Of a stretch of 64,000 bases of DNA, positions 12,077-21,340 are shown piece by piece. Both the position numbers and the translations under genes were made by a program. Every line of letters begins with the position of its first letter. Position 1 is the first letter of the stretch. The DNA is from Erythrobacter sp. (GTDB lineage: Bacteria > Pseudomonadota > Alphaproteobacteria > Sphingomonadales > Sphingomonadaceae): assembly GCA_036350735.1 (NCBI GenBank), contig JAZBNR010000065.1, positions 2,617-66,616 on the forward strand, given 5' to 3'. The notes beneath the pieces are model-generated. The model did no database searches, was not told the DNA's origin, and saw only the letters and a list, made by a program, of their open reading frames with translations.

Positions 12077-12209
12077 CGGATGACCTTATGCAATGGGGTG
12101 GCGCACGGGGCCGGGTGGCTCCCGCGGTGGTCAGCCTTATATACGAGTCGCATTGCAAAGCGCAATTTTTTAAGAATCGTTCGCAACAAGGCGCAACTTC
12201 CGGACAGTC

Positions 12210-13202
12210 ATGGACAGCCCCCGCATCTATCTCGATCATGCCGCGACCACGCCGCTGCGCCCCGAGGCGAGGGCCGCGATGGCGGATGGCTTCGCGCTGT
12301 GGGCCAATCCCTCCAGCCCCCACGCCGAAGGGCGGCGCGCCAAGCGGGCGCTCGAGGAGGCGCGCGCGCGGATCAGCCACGCCTTGGGCTGGGAGGGCGA
12401 ACTGATCTTCACCTCGGGCGCGAGCGAGGCGCTGGCAATCGCGCTGGGTCGCAGCAAGGCCACGCGGGCGGTGGTGAGCGCGGTCGAACACGATGCGGTG
12501 TTTCGCGCCGCGCCCGATGCGCAGGTGTTCGACGAGACGGCGCCGCCGGGCGAGGACGCGGTGCTGGCGGTGCAGCACGTCAATTCGGAAACGGGCACGA
12601 TCAACCCGGTGAGCGCAATGGCGCCGGGAGTGCGCGAGATGGGCGCGGTGCTGCTGTCCGATTGCTCGCAGAGCGCCGGCAAGCTCGCGCTGCCCGAGTG
12701 CGACATGGCGGTGGTCTCGGCGCACAAGCTGGGCGGCCCGATCGGCGTGGGCGCGCTGCTGGTGCGCGATTTCGCGCTGCTCGAGCCGATCGGCGGGCAC
12801 GAGCGCGGCTACCGCCAGGGCACCGAGAACCTACCCGGTGCGCTCGGCATGGCCGCCGCGCTCGAAGCGGGAGAGTGGGCGACGACGAGAGAGGATCGCG
12901 CCGGTTTCGCGGCCGAGCTCGCGGGCGAGCGGCTGATGATCGGCGAGACGGTCGATTACATTTTCGCCCTCACTCATCCCGCGATGAGCGCGCAGGCGCT
13001 GCTGATCCGGCTCGATGCGGCAGGCTTTGCCGTCTCGGCGGGCAGCGCATGTTCTTCGGGCACGCTCAAGAAGAGCCGCGTGCTCGATGCTTTCGGGGTG
13101 CCCGATGATGTGGCTTCGCGCACGATCCGCGTCAGCCTCGGCTGGTCGACCATGCCGGGCGAACTCGAGCGATTCGTCAAAGCGTGGCGCTCGCTGACCT
13201 GA
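12210..13202 (+). CDS. Cysteine desulfurase family protein (short NifS/IscS-like, copy 1)
   Basis: YLDHAATTP, SAHKLGGP (PLP Lys), GSACSS (catalytic Cys). Confidence 0.88.
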   Translation: MDSPRIYLDHAATTPLRPEARAAMADGFALWANPSSPHAEGRRAKRALEEARARISHALGWEGELIFTSGASEALAIALGRSKATRAVVSAVEHDAVFRAAPDAQVFDETAPPGEDAVLAVQHVNSETGTINPVSAMAPGVREMGAVLLSDCSQSAGKLALPECDMAVVSAHKLGGPIGVGALLVRDFALLEPIGGHERGYRQGTENLPGALGMAAALEAGEWATTREDRAGFAAELAGERLMIGETVDYIFALTHPAMSAQALLIRLDAAGFAVSAGSACSSGTLKKSRVLDAFGVPDDVASRTIRVSLGWSTMPGELERFVKAWRSLT

Positions 13203-13219
13203 GCGGTTAGGGTGAGACG

Positions 13220-14302
13220 ATGATTTATCTCGATTACCAGGCCACAACCCCGCTTGCGCCCGAGGCGCGCGAGGCGATGCTGCGCTGGCTCGATGGGCCG
13301 GGCGGCACGGGCTTTGGCAATCCGCATTCGCCGCACCCGATGGGCCGCCAGGCCGCCGCCGCGATCGAGGCCGCGCGCGACAAGGTCGCAGCGCTGTTCC
13401 CGCCGGGCGGGCGCGTCATCTTCACCAGCGGGGCGACCGAGGCGCTCAACCTCGCGATAAGGGGGAGCGGCAGCGGCGGCTCGGTGTCGGTCTCCGCGAT
13501 CGAGCACGCCGCCGTGCTCGACACCGCGCAGGCGCTGGGGGAGGCCCACATCCTCAATGTCTCGAAAGAGGGCCAGTGCAACACCGCGCAGGATCTGCCG
13601 CAGGATGTGCGCCTCGTGGCGGTGATGCAGGTCAACAACGAGATCGGCACGATCCAGCCCACCGCCGATTGGCACCGCCGCGCGAAGGAGGCGAACGCGC
13701 TGTTCCTGATTGATGCGGTGCAGGCCTATGGCAAGCTCCCGGTGACGCTGGCTGACATGATCGCGGTCTCGGCGCACAAGCTCCACGGCCCCAAGGGCGT
13801 GGGCGCGCTTTGGGTGCGCGATGGCGTCACGCTGGAGGAACAGCAGACCGGCGGCGGGCAGGAGGCCGGGCTTCGCTCCGGCACGCTGTCGCCGGCGCTG
13901 ATCGCGGGGTTCGGGGCCGCGGCCGAGGTCGCGCGTGAGCGGATGGAGGCGGACGCGGCGCATGTCGAGGCGCTATGGGCGCGCGCGCGCGACCTGTTCG
14001 ACGAATGGGAGGTCAATGGCAGCGAGACCGCGCGCTGGCACGGCAATCTCAACCTGCGCCGCGAGGGGCTCGATGTTGCGCGGCTGATGTCCGAGTGCCG
14101 CGAGGTTATGTTTTCCGCCGGCAGCGCCTGCGCCAGCGGATCGGGCCGCACCAGCCATGTGCTAAAGGCCATCGGGCTCACCAACGCGGAGGCCAAATCC
14201 TCGATCCGTTTGGGCTTCGGGCGCTATACGACCATGGAAGAGCTTGAAAAGGCCGCGCGCGCGATCCATTCGGCGGTGGAGCAACAGGCCCGATGGGGCT
14301 AG
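13220..14302 (+). CDS. iscS: Cysteine desulfurase (IscS-like, copy 2)
   Basis: YLDYQATTP, FTSGATE, SAHKLHGPKG, GSACAS. Confidence 0.85.
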   Translation: MIYLDYQATTPLAPEAREAMLRWLDGPGGTGFGNPHSPHPMGRQAAAAIEAARDKVAALFPPGGRVIFTSGATEALNLAIRGSGSGGSVSVSAIEHAAVLDTAQALGEAHILNVSKEGQCNTAQDLPQDVRLVAVMQVNNEIGTIQPTADWHRRAKEANALFLIDAVQAYGKLPVTLADMIAVSAHKLHGPKGVGALWVRDGVTLEEQQTGGGQEAGLRSGTLSPALIAGFGAAAEVARERMEADAAHVEALWARARDLFDEWEVNGSETARWHGNLNLRREGLDVARLMSECREVMFSAGSACASGSGRTSHVLKAIGLTNAEAKSSIRLGFGRYTTMEELEKAARAIHSAVEQQARWG

Positions 14303-14322
14303 AGGACGAACGCGCACAGCAC

Positions 14323-14670
14323 ATGCCCATGCCCATGCCCATCGCCATCACCTTCATCGATCCCCAGGGCCGCCGCATCGAGGCGCGGGGCGAACCCGGC
14401 GACAGCCTGCTGCGCGTGGGGCAAGCGGCGGGGCTCCCGCTTGAAGGCACGTGCGAGGGCCAGATGGCATGCTCGACCTGCCACGTGATCGTCGCGAGCG
14501 AATGGTTCGATCGGCTCTCCGAGGCCTCCGAGGAAGAGGAAGACATGCTCGATTTTGCCGCCGGGGTGCGCCGCACCAGCCGACTCTCCTGCCAGATCGA
14601 GCTGACCGCCGAAATGGACGGCCTCACCGTGAGCGTGCCTCCCGAAAGCGTCGATGCGCGCGGGATCTGA
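14323..14670 (+). CDS. fdx: 2Fe-2S ferredoxin (adrenodoxin/ISC type)
   Basis: CEGQMACSTCH and RLSCQ. Start is ambiguous among three ATGCCC repeats (14323/14329/14335). Confidence 0.9.
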   Translation: MPMPMPIAITFIDPQGRRIEARGEPGDSLLRVGQAAGLPLEGTCEGQMACSTCHVIVASEWFDRLSEASEEEEDMLDFAAGVRRTSRLSCQIELTAEMDGLTVSVPPESVDARGI

Positions 14671-14709
14671 GGCCCCTCGCCTCGCAGCCGGCGCGCGCCG
14701 CGCTGCCGA

Positions 14710-16974
14710 CTATTCCGAGATTCGCAGCGTTTCGCCGGTCTTCGCCGCTGCAATCTCCTCGCGGCTGAAGGGCAGGCGGTTCCACTCCTTGCGCGAATAG
14801 AGCCGGGTCTGATCGGCGTAATGCGGCGAGGCGGGGTTGGTCGATTGCGAATAGGAGAGGATCGCGTCCGCCACCGGGCCATCCTCGTCAAAGCCGACGA
14901 TCTGGATATAGCTCGAGCCGTGCCGCGGCACGAGTCCGCCCTCGATGCGGTCGCCCTCCTGCATGTTGAGCACGCCCGCCCAGCCGGGTCCGCCATGGAT
15001 CGCGATCGCCCCGCCGCCGGGCACCGGCTGGGTCAGCACCTCGCCCCATGGCGCATCGAGCGCGATGCCGCGTTCGGCAAGCTCGCGCGCCGCCTCGCCG
15101 AGCGCTTCGAGCAGCGCCTCGCCGGCCGCGCCGTCAGTCTTGAGATCGCGCGGGGTCGTCACCGGAGCCGCCGGATCGAACGGCACCTGCCACAGGTCGC
15201 GCCGCTCCATCACCTTGCCCCAGAAGGCGGCGAACAGATGCGCGCCGCGGCTCGTCGTCTCGAATTCGCGATCCCATCCCGCCAGCGCCGCGCAAGGCTC
15301 GGCGAGGCTGTTCGAGCCTTCGCACAGCGCCAAGAGCGGGCCGATCACAAGATCCGCCCCGAGGCTCTTATTGCCGAAGACGAGGCGCTTGGCAGCCTCG
15401 TGGTCCATCCTGGTCTCGGCGAGCAGCGCCGCGGTCTCGGTGTAGTTCGAGCGGGTGCGCAAGGAGAGCGGCTGCTCGTGCGCGCCGAGAATGGGCGAGA
15501 GCTTGCGATAAGGATGGGCGGGATTGCTCAGCCAGTAACTGTCGTTCGAGTTGGCGAGCCAATCGGCCCTCGTGCGCGAGGCCTGCTCGCTGGCGGGGAG
15601 CACTTCGCCGCCCCAGTCGCACTCGCTGCGCGTCCCATCGAGCAGGGTCACGCGGCTGGCGAAGAGGGGCGACATGGGCGTCCCGCAGCTTTGCGCCATC
15701 TGCGCCGAGACGTTCGGCACGGCGGTGATGTCGGCATGAAGCGCGTTGCCTTCGCGGTCGGCCGCGATCGTGTTGACCCATGGAATGCCGAGCGTCTCGC
15801 TCACCGCCGCCTCGATCTCGCCGACATTGCGCGCCTTGCCGATCCGCAGCCATGTTTCCATGCCGCGCTGGTTGCCGCTGTTGGCATCCTTGAGCGCGAA
15901 GACGGTCTTGTCATTCCAGGTGACGCCCTGGCTCGGCAGGGTCACGACGGGGCCGAACCGGGTCGAATAGAGCGTGCGGGTGACAGGCTCGGCGCCGCCG
16001 GGCATCGGCACGCTGACCGTCTTCGTGGTCATCTTCACCGGTTCGCCATCGATCATGTAGCTCGTCGGATCGCCCTGGGCGAGGCTCAGCGCATAAAGCG
16101 TGAAGTGGCGCGCGGCGGTGACGGTGTGGGTCCAGGCGACATCCTTGTTGAAGCCGAGCGTGGGCAGCGGCGTGCCCGCAAGGCCCACGCCCATCACGTC
16201 GTATTCGCCCGGAATGGTCGCGTGCAATTGCCAGAAGCGCAACGGGCCCTTCCAGGGGAAATGCGGATTGCCGATCAAGAGCCCGCGCCCGTCGGCGGTC
16301 GCCTCGCCGCCGAAGGCCCAGCCGTTGCTCCCGAGCCGGGGCTGGTCGCGTTCGTCCAGCATCACCTTGTGCGCCTGCGGCTGGGGCTTGCCGGGGGGTG
16401 TCGCCGCTGCGACGCCCGCGCCAAGCGCCAGCGAGCCCGCCAGCAGCATCTGCTTCTCGTTGAGGCGCAGCATGTCGTCGGGGCCGATCGGCTTCACCCA
16501 ATCCTCGCCGCGGCAATCCTCGGGCAGGCCCTCGGCCCCGGCATCGCGCACGAAGCGGTTGTAGCCCGCGATATAGCCCTCGACGAGCGCCTGGACCCGC
16601 TCGGGCTGCTGCGGCCAGGTGGCGCGCAGCGCCTCGACGTCGATCTGGCTGCGAAAGAAGATGTCTGAGGTCAGATTGTCGACCTCGGCGAAGCCCAGCA
16701 CCTGCGCGGCCTGCGGACCGAAATGGCGCGAGCGCTCGCCCGCGACGGTAACGAATTCCTCGGCGAGAAGGCAGATGTTGTCCTGCGCATAGGCATAGGC
16801 GATGCCGTAGCCGAGCCCTTGCCAGTCATCGGCAAGGATATGAGGGATATTGTAGGTGGTGCGCGTGATCTCGGCGCTGTAGCGGGCCTTGCCCGAGCCC
16901 TGCGCGTTGACGGCTTGTGGCATCGCGGCGATGGCAAGCGAGGTGGCTGCCAGCAAGGCGGCTTGGATACGCAT
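14710..16974 (-). CDS. Ntn-hydrolase acylase (penicillin acylase / AHL acylase PvdQ-like)
   Basis: Signal peptide, PHI, GIAYAYAQD, beta-subunit nucleophile GSNGWAFG, NPHFPW, SYSQSTNPASPHYADQT. Confidence 0.88.
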   Translation of the reverse strand: MRIQAALLAATSLAIAAMPQAVNAQGSGKARYSAEITRTTYNIPHILADDWQGLGYGIAYAYAQDNICLLAEEFVTVAGERSRHFGPQAAQVLGFAEVDNLTSDIFFRSQIDVEALRATWPQQPERVQALVEGYIAGYNRFVRDAGAEGLPEDCRGEDWVKPIGPDDMLRLNEKQMLLAGSLALGAGVAAATPPGKPQPQAHKVMLDERDQPRLGSNGWAFGGEATADGRGLLIGNPHFPWKGPLRFWQLHATIPGEYDVMGVGLAGTPLPTLGFNKDVAWTHTVTAARHFTLYALSLAQGDPTSYMIDGEPVKMTTKTVSVPMPGGAEPVTRTLYSTRFGPVVTLPSQGVTWNDKTVFALKDANSGNQRGMETWLRIGKARNVGEIEAAVSETLGIPWVNTIAADREGNALHADITAVPNVSAQMAQSCGTPMSPLFASRVTLLDGTRSECDWGGEVLPASEQASRTRADWLANSNDSYWLSNPAHPYRKLSPILGAHEQPLSLRTRSNYTETAALLAETRMDHEAAKRLVFGNKSLGADLVIGPLLALCEGSNSLAEPCAALAGWDREFETTSRGAHLFAAFWGKVMERRDLWQVPFDPAAPVTTPRDLKTDGAAGEALLEALGEAARELAERGIALDAPWGEVLTQPVPGGGAIAIHGGPGWAGVLNMQEGDRIEGGLVPRHGSSYIQIVGFDEDGPVADAILSYSQSTNPASPHYADQTRLYSRKEWNRLPFSREEIAAAKTGETLRISE

Positions 16975-17149
16975 TCGGCTCTCTCCCGGTCCGTTGTCCT
17001 GAGAGCGATGTATAGCGCCGCACAGACCTTCCTCAAGCCATGGAGTGCAAGCCGTCAATTCCCTTTGCGCATTGCCAGAAAGCCCCGCCGCGCGGTCAGG
17101 GACGCGCGGACGGGGCCGGGTCGCGGCCTTGTATGGAGGACAGGCCGCT

Positions 17150-17254
17150 TCCCTTTGCGAATCTGGCCTTTGCGAACTTGGCCTTTGCGAACTTGGCCTT
17201 TGCGAACTGGGCCGTTTGGAACCGGGCCGTTTGGAACCGGGCCTTTATGAGCCG
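17150..17254. repeat. Degenerate 15-bp tandem repeat, 7 units
   Basis: TCCCTTTGCGAATCT, GGCCTTTGCGAACTT x2, GGCCTTTGCGAACTG, GGCCGTTTGGAACCG x2, GGCCTTTATGAGCCG. Confidence 0.9.
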
Positions 17255-17270
17255 GGTTCCGGGCGGTGCA

Positions 17271-17813
17271 TCAGGCGGCTTCGCGCGCCCGCCCGATCGC
17301 GAGTGCATCCTTCAATGCCTCGGTGAAGGCGGGGATGTCGGACGGATTGCGGCTGGTGATGAGATTGCCGTCGACTGCAACCTTCTCGTCGATCACCTCG
17401 CCGCCTGCATTTGCAAGGTCGGTGCGGATCGAAGGCCAGCCGGTGACTGTTTTGCCCTTGATGATGCCCGCCTCGATGAGCAGCCAGGGCGCATGGCAAA
17501 TCGCCGCGATCGGCTTGCCCGCCGCGTTGAACTCGCGGACAAGGTCGATCACCTTGCGCTCCATGCGCAGGATGTCGGGGTTCATCTGGCCGCCGGGAAG
17601 AAGCAGCGCATCGAAATCGCCGACATCGGCCGCATCGAGCCCGATATCTACGCTGACGCTCTCGCCCCAGTCGTCCTTGTTCCAGCCCTTGATCGTGCCG
17701 TCCTCGGGCGAGGCGATCGTGATGTGGGCGCCTGCCTCCTCGAGACGGCGCTTGGGTTCGAGCAATTCGCTCTGTTCAAACCCGTTAGTGGCGATAATGA
17801 GAACCTTTTTCAT
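17271..17813 (-). CDS. pfpI: PfpI/DJ-1 family type 1 glutamine amidotransferase-like protein
   Basis: GFEQSEL, LLPGGQMNPD, AAICHAPW, ITSRNP. Confidence 0.9.
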   Translation of the reverse strand: MKKVLIIATNGFEQSELLEPKRRLEEAGAHITIASPEDGTIKGWNKDDWGESVSVDIGLDAADVGDFDALLLPGGQMNPDILRMERKVIDLVREFNAAGKPIAAICHAPWLLIEAGIIKGKTVTGWPSIRTDLANAGGEVIDEKVAVDGNLITSRNPSDIPAFTEALKDALAIGRAREAA

Positions 17814-17850
17814 GGAAATCCCTCGTGTTTCTAATTTCTTACATCAGTCC

Positions 17851-17875
17851 AACGAGGACCTGCGGGCACTGTTCC
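17851..17875 (-). promoter_or_regulatory. EcfG (sigmaT) general-stress promoter of pfpI
   Basis: Exact GGAAC-N16-CGTT on the minus strand, about 37 nt before the ATG. Confidence 0.8.
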
Positions 17876-17994
17876 TTGCAAGCGGTCTGGGCGTGCATCA
17901 GGTTCGGCCAGCCGAGCGACCGGTCGCCGCCCGCCGCAAACCAGCTGTGGATTGCGCTCTCCCGCCCCTGCGGCGCGCTTGCTAGACGGACAGG

Positions 17995-20316
17995 ATGGCC
18001 GATCCGACCGACACCGATTCAACCGTGCCGCCCGAGGACGAGTTCGATCTCATCACCGATGCGCCCTTCGACGCAGCGCTCGAGGAGCGCTATCTCGTCT
18101 ATGCGCTCTCAACCATCACCGCGCGCTCCTTGCCGGATCTGCGCGATGGGCTGAAGCCCGTGCACCGGCGCCTGTTGTGGACCATGCGCCAATTGGGCCT
18201 CGCGCCCAGTTCGGGCTTCAAGAAATCGGCGCGCGTGGTGGGCGAGGTGATCGGCAAGTATCACCCGCATGGCGATACCGCCGCCTATGATGCGATGGTG
18301 CGCCTCGCGCAGGATTTCTCGCTGCGCTACCCGCTGGTCGAGGGGCAGGGCAATTTCGGCAATGTCGACGGGGACAACGCCGCCGCCTATCGCTACACCG
18401 AGGCGCGCCTGACCAGGACTGCGATGGCCCTGATGGAAGGGCTCGATGCGGGCACGGTCGACTTCATCCCGACCTATAACGGCGAGGAGGAAGAGCCCGA
18501 GCTGATGCCGGGCCTGTTCCCCAATCTGCTGGCGAACGGCGCGAGCGGGATCGCGGTGGGCATGGCGACCAATATTCCCAGCCACAACGTCGCCGAGGTG
18601 ATCGACGCGACGCTGGAACTGATCGACAACCCGCACGTGACCCACGAGCGGCTGATGGAGCTGATGACCGGCCCCGATTTCGCCACCGGCGGGCAGGTGA
18701 TCGAGAGCGCGCGCACCATCAGCGATGCCTATGCGAGCGGGCGCGGCTCGCTGCGGCTGCGCGGGCGGTTCCTCGCGCCCGAGGCGAGCGATCCGGCGGA
18801 TCGGGAGGCGGGGATCGAGCGGCTGGGCGGTGGCCAGTGGCAGCTCGTCATCTCGCAGATCCCCTACCAGGTGCAAAAAGGTCGCCTGATCGAGCAGATC
18901 GCCCAGGCGATCAACGACAAGAAGCTGCCGATCCTCGAGGATGTGCGCGACGAGAGCGACGAGGCGATCCGCATCGTGCTGGTGCCGCGCTCGCGCAATG
19001 TCGATCCGGACCTCCTCAAGGAGAGCGTCTTCAAGCTGACCGACATGGAGACCCGCTTCGGGCTCAACATGAACGTGCTCGATGCCACCCGCACGCCCAT
19101 GGTGATGGGCCTCAAGGAGCTGCTCGAGCACTGGACGGCGGCGCAGATCGAGATCCTCCAGCGCCGCACGCGCCACCGCCTTGCCCAGATCGCCGCGCGG
19201 CTCGAGCTGGTCGAGGGCTACATCATCGCCTTCCTCAATCTTGATCGGGTGATCGAAATCATCCGCACCGAGGACGAGCCCAAGCCGGTGATGATGGCGG
19301 AATTCGGCCTGACAGACCGGCAGACCGAGGCGATCCTCAACATGCGGCTGCGATCTTTGCGCAAGCTCGAGGAGATGCAGCTGCGGCAGGAGAAGGACGA
19401 GCTCATCGCCGAGAAGGGCGAACTTGAAACGCTGCTCGAGAGCCCTGCGCGCCAGCGCACGCGGCTGAAGCGCGACCTGAAAGCACTGCGCAAGGACTAT
19501 GCTGAGGACACCGCGCTCGGCGCCCGGCGCACGCTGATTGCCGAAGGCGGCGCGCGGGTGGAATTCTCGCTCGATGCGATGATCGAGAAGGAGCCGGTGA
19601 CGGTGGTTCTCAGCCAGAAGGGCTGGATCCGCGCAGCGCGCGGGCATGTGCCGCTTGATCAGGAGTTCAAATACAAGGAGGGCGATGCGCTTGCCTTCAT
19701 CCTCCACGCGCAGACCACCGACAAGCTGCTGATCGCCGGCAGCGACGGGCGCTTTTACACGCTGGGCTGCGACAAGCTGCCCGGCGCGCGCGGCTTCGGC
19801 GAGCCAGTGAGGACGATGATCGATCTCGAGGCGGATAGCTCGATCGCCAAGATGCTTGTCCATAAAGAAGGTGGACGGCTCTTGCTCGCCTCGAGCATCG
19901 GCAAGGGCTTTATCGCGCAAACCGCCGAGCTTCTGGCCGAAACGCGCAAAGGGCGCGCCGTGGTCAACCTCAAGGGCGATGCACGGTTGCAGGTGATCCG
20001 CGAGATCGCGCCTGCGCATGATCACGTCGCGGCGGTGGGGGACAATCGCAAGCTCGTGGTCTTCGCGCTCGATGAGCTGCCGGTGATGGCGCGCGGGCAG
20101 GGGGTGCAGCTCCAGCGATATCGCGCCAAAGAGAAAGGGGGGGGCGGCCTTGCCGATGCGACAACCTTCACGCTTGCCGATGGGCTCTCCTGGCGCATGG
20201 GCGGCTCGGGCGAGCGCACACGGACCGAAACCGAGATCGGTATGTGGAAGGTCGCGCGCGGTGCGGCCGGACGCCTGCCGCCAACGGGTTTCCCGCGCGA
20301 CAATCGGTTCGATTGA
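17995..20316 (+). CDS. parC: DNA topoisomerase IV subunit A
   Basis: [33 protein letters not shown]; short C-terminal domain without a GyrA box. Confidence 0.95.
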   Translation: MADPTDTDSTVPPEDEFDLITDAPFDAALEERYLVYALSTITARSLPDLRDGLKPVHRRLLWTMRQLGLAPSSGFKKSARVVGEVIGKYHPHGDTAAYDAMVRLAQDFSLRYPLVEGQGNFGNVDGDNAAAYRYTEARLTRTAMALMEGLDAGTVDFIPTYNGEEEEPELMPGLFPNLLANGASGIAVGMATNIPSHNVAEVIDATLELIDNPHVTHERLMELMTGPDFATGGQVIESARTISDAYASGRGSLRLRGRFLAPEASDPADREAGIERLGGGQWQLVISQIPYQVQKGRLIEQIAQAINDKKLPILEDVRDESDEAIRIVLVPRSRNVDPDLLKESVFKLTDMETRFGLNMNVLDATRTPMVMGLKELLEHWTAAQIEILQRRTRHRLAQIAARLELVEGYIIAFLNLDRVIEIIRTEDEPKPVMMAEFGLTDRQTEAILNMRLRSLRKLEEMQLRQEKDELIAEKGELETLLESPARQRTRLKRDLKALRKDYAEDTALGARRTLIAEGGARVEFSLDAMIEKEPVTVVLSQKGWIRAARGHVPLDQEFKYKEGDALAFILHAQTTDKLLIAGSDGRFYTLGCDKLPGARGFGEPVRTMIDLEADSSIAKMLVHKEGGRLLLASSIGKGFIAQTAELLAETRKGRAVVNLKGDARLQVIREIAPAHDHVAAVGDNRKLVVFALDELPVMARGQGVQLQRYRAKEKGGGGLADATTFTLADGLSWRMGGSGERTRTETEIGMWKVARGAAGRLPPTGFPRDNRFD

Positions 20317-20326
20317 GCCGGATGCG

Positions 20327-20364
20327 AAAAGGGCCGCGCCGGATCGGTTCCGGCGCGGCCCCTT
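20327..20364. terminator. Intrinsic terminator between convergent parC and the exported-protein gene
   Basis: 13-bp stem GGGCCGCGCCGGA/TCCGGCGCGGCCC with a 5-nt loop; the adjacent AAAA gives a U-tract on the minus strand. Confidence 0.75.
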
Positions 20365-20389
20365 GCGCGACCCTTTGAGGGGTTTGAGA

Positions 20390-21028
20390 TTACTGAGTAG
20401 CGCCCGCTGCGCTCATCGAGGCAGCGCTCGCGCTGGATTCAGGCGCGTCGCTCTCGGCCATCATCTCCCAGCCTTCGGCGGTGTGCTTGACCGGGCCTTC
20501 AGCCGTCTCGACGATCGCGCCCTCGGGCACTTCGGTGGTGAATTCGGCGAGCTGCGTGCCGGTGTAGAGCGCGGTCAGCATCCCGGTTTCATTGACCGCG
20601 AAGTGTTCGCGCTTGAGGCTGATCACGCCTGTCTCGTTGGCGACGATGATCTGCTGGCCCGCCTCGTCCATCGCAAGGATGGTGCCTACAGGAACGCTGT
20701 CCGCGCTCATCACGGCCGCGCCATCGACGAGCGCTGCATCGAGCTTGGCGTTCGCCTCGGCCTCCATCTGCGCCATCATGCTGTCGATCTGAGCCTTGGT
20801 GGCGTTGACCGTCCACTTGCCTTCGCGCTCGACAACGGCGTTGGAGGGCAGCGGCGCCTTGTATGAGCCGGTGTCGACCAGCACGGTCGCACCGTCATTC
20901 GCCTCGACCGTGCCCACGGCGGTATCGTCGACCTGGCTGTAGATCGTGGTGCCTGCATCCTGCGCGTAAGCCGCGAAGGGGGTGAGAGCGAGGGCGGCGG
21001 CGCTGAGTGCCATCTTGCCGAATTTCAT
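20390..21028 (-). CDS. Exported hypothetical protein with two similar beta-rich (PRC-barrel-like) repeats
   Basis: Signal peptide ending AYA; repeated (G)ttv.s.D..vGti motif; GGAGA SD. Confidence 0.75.
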   Translation of the reverse strand: MKFGKMALSAAALALTPFAAYAQDAGTTIYSQVDDTAVGTVEANDGATVLVDTGSYKAPLPSNAVVEREGKWTVNATKAQIDSMMAQMEAEANAKLDAALVDGAAVMSADSVPVGTILAMDEAGQQIIVANETGVISLKREHFAVNETGMLTALYTGTQLAEFTTEVPEGAIVETAEGPVKHTAEGWEMMAESDAPESSASAASMSAAGATQ

Positions 21029-21217
21029 GATGTTAGTCTCCAATCGGTATTCACAAAGGGGCACCGATCGAGGATCAGCACCGAACGGGAATGACATGCG
21101 GAGCGCCAGACGCTTCGTCCTGAAGGACGTCCTCCGGGGAGACCGCTTTTCGCAAAACACCCACCCGCATGGAAAAACCGAAATTTTCCCAAAGCGCATG
21201 GCTGTGCGAACGATATA

Positions 21218-21243
21218 AACGATCAATCAGCGCGGAAGGTTCC
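21218..21243 (-). promoter_or_regulatory. EcfG-type promoter of the exported-protein gene
   Basis: Exact GGAAC-N17-CGTT on the minus strand, about 190 nt upstream of the ATG. Confidence 0.7.
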
Positions 21244-21340
21244 CACACATCCTTGTGGTAGCGCAGCACATTGCTGCAATGCAACAAGGTTGCATTCCGT
21301 TGTCACTCTAGCAATCTGACCTGAAGCACGGCTTAACGCA

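Noticed and set aside
17150-17254. CRISPR array
   Set aside because: Units are 15 bp, contiguous and have no unique spacers; there are no cas genes in the window.
17040-17834. 264-aa plus-strand ORF containing FANLA repeats
   Set aside because: Mostly antisense to pfpI; the repeat-like part is explained by the DNA tandem array.
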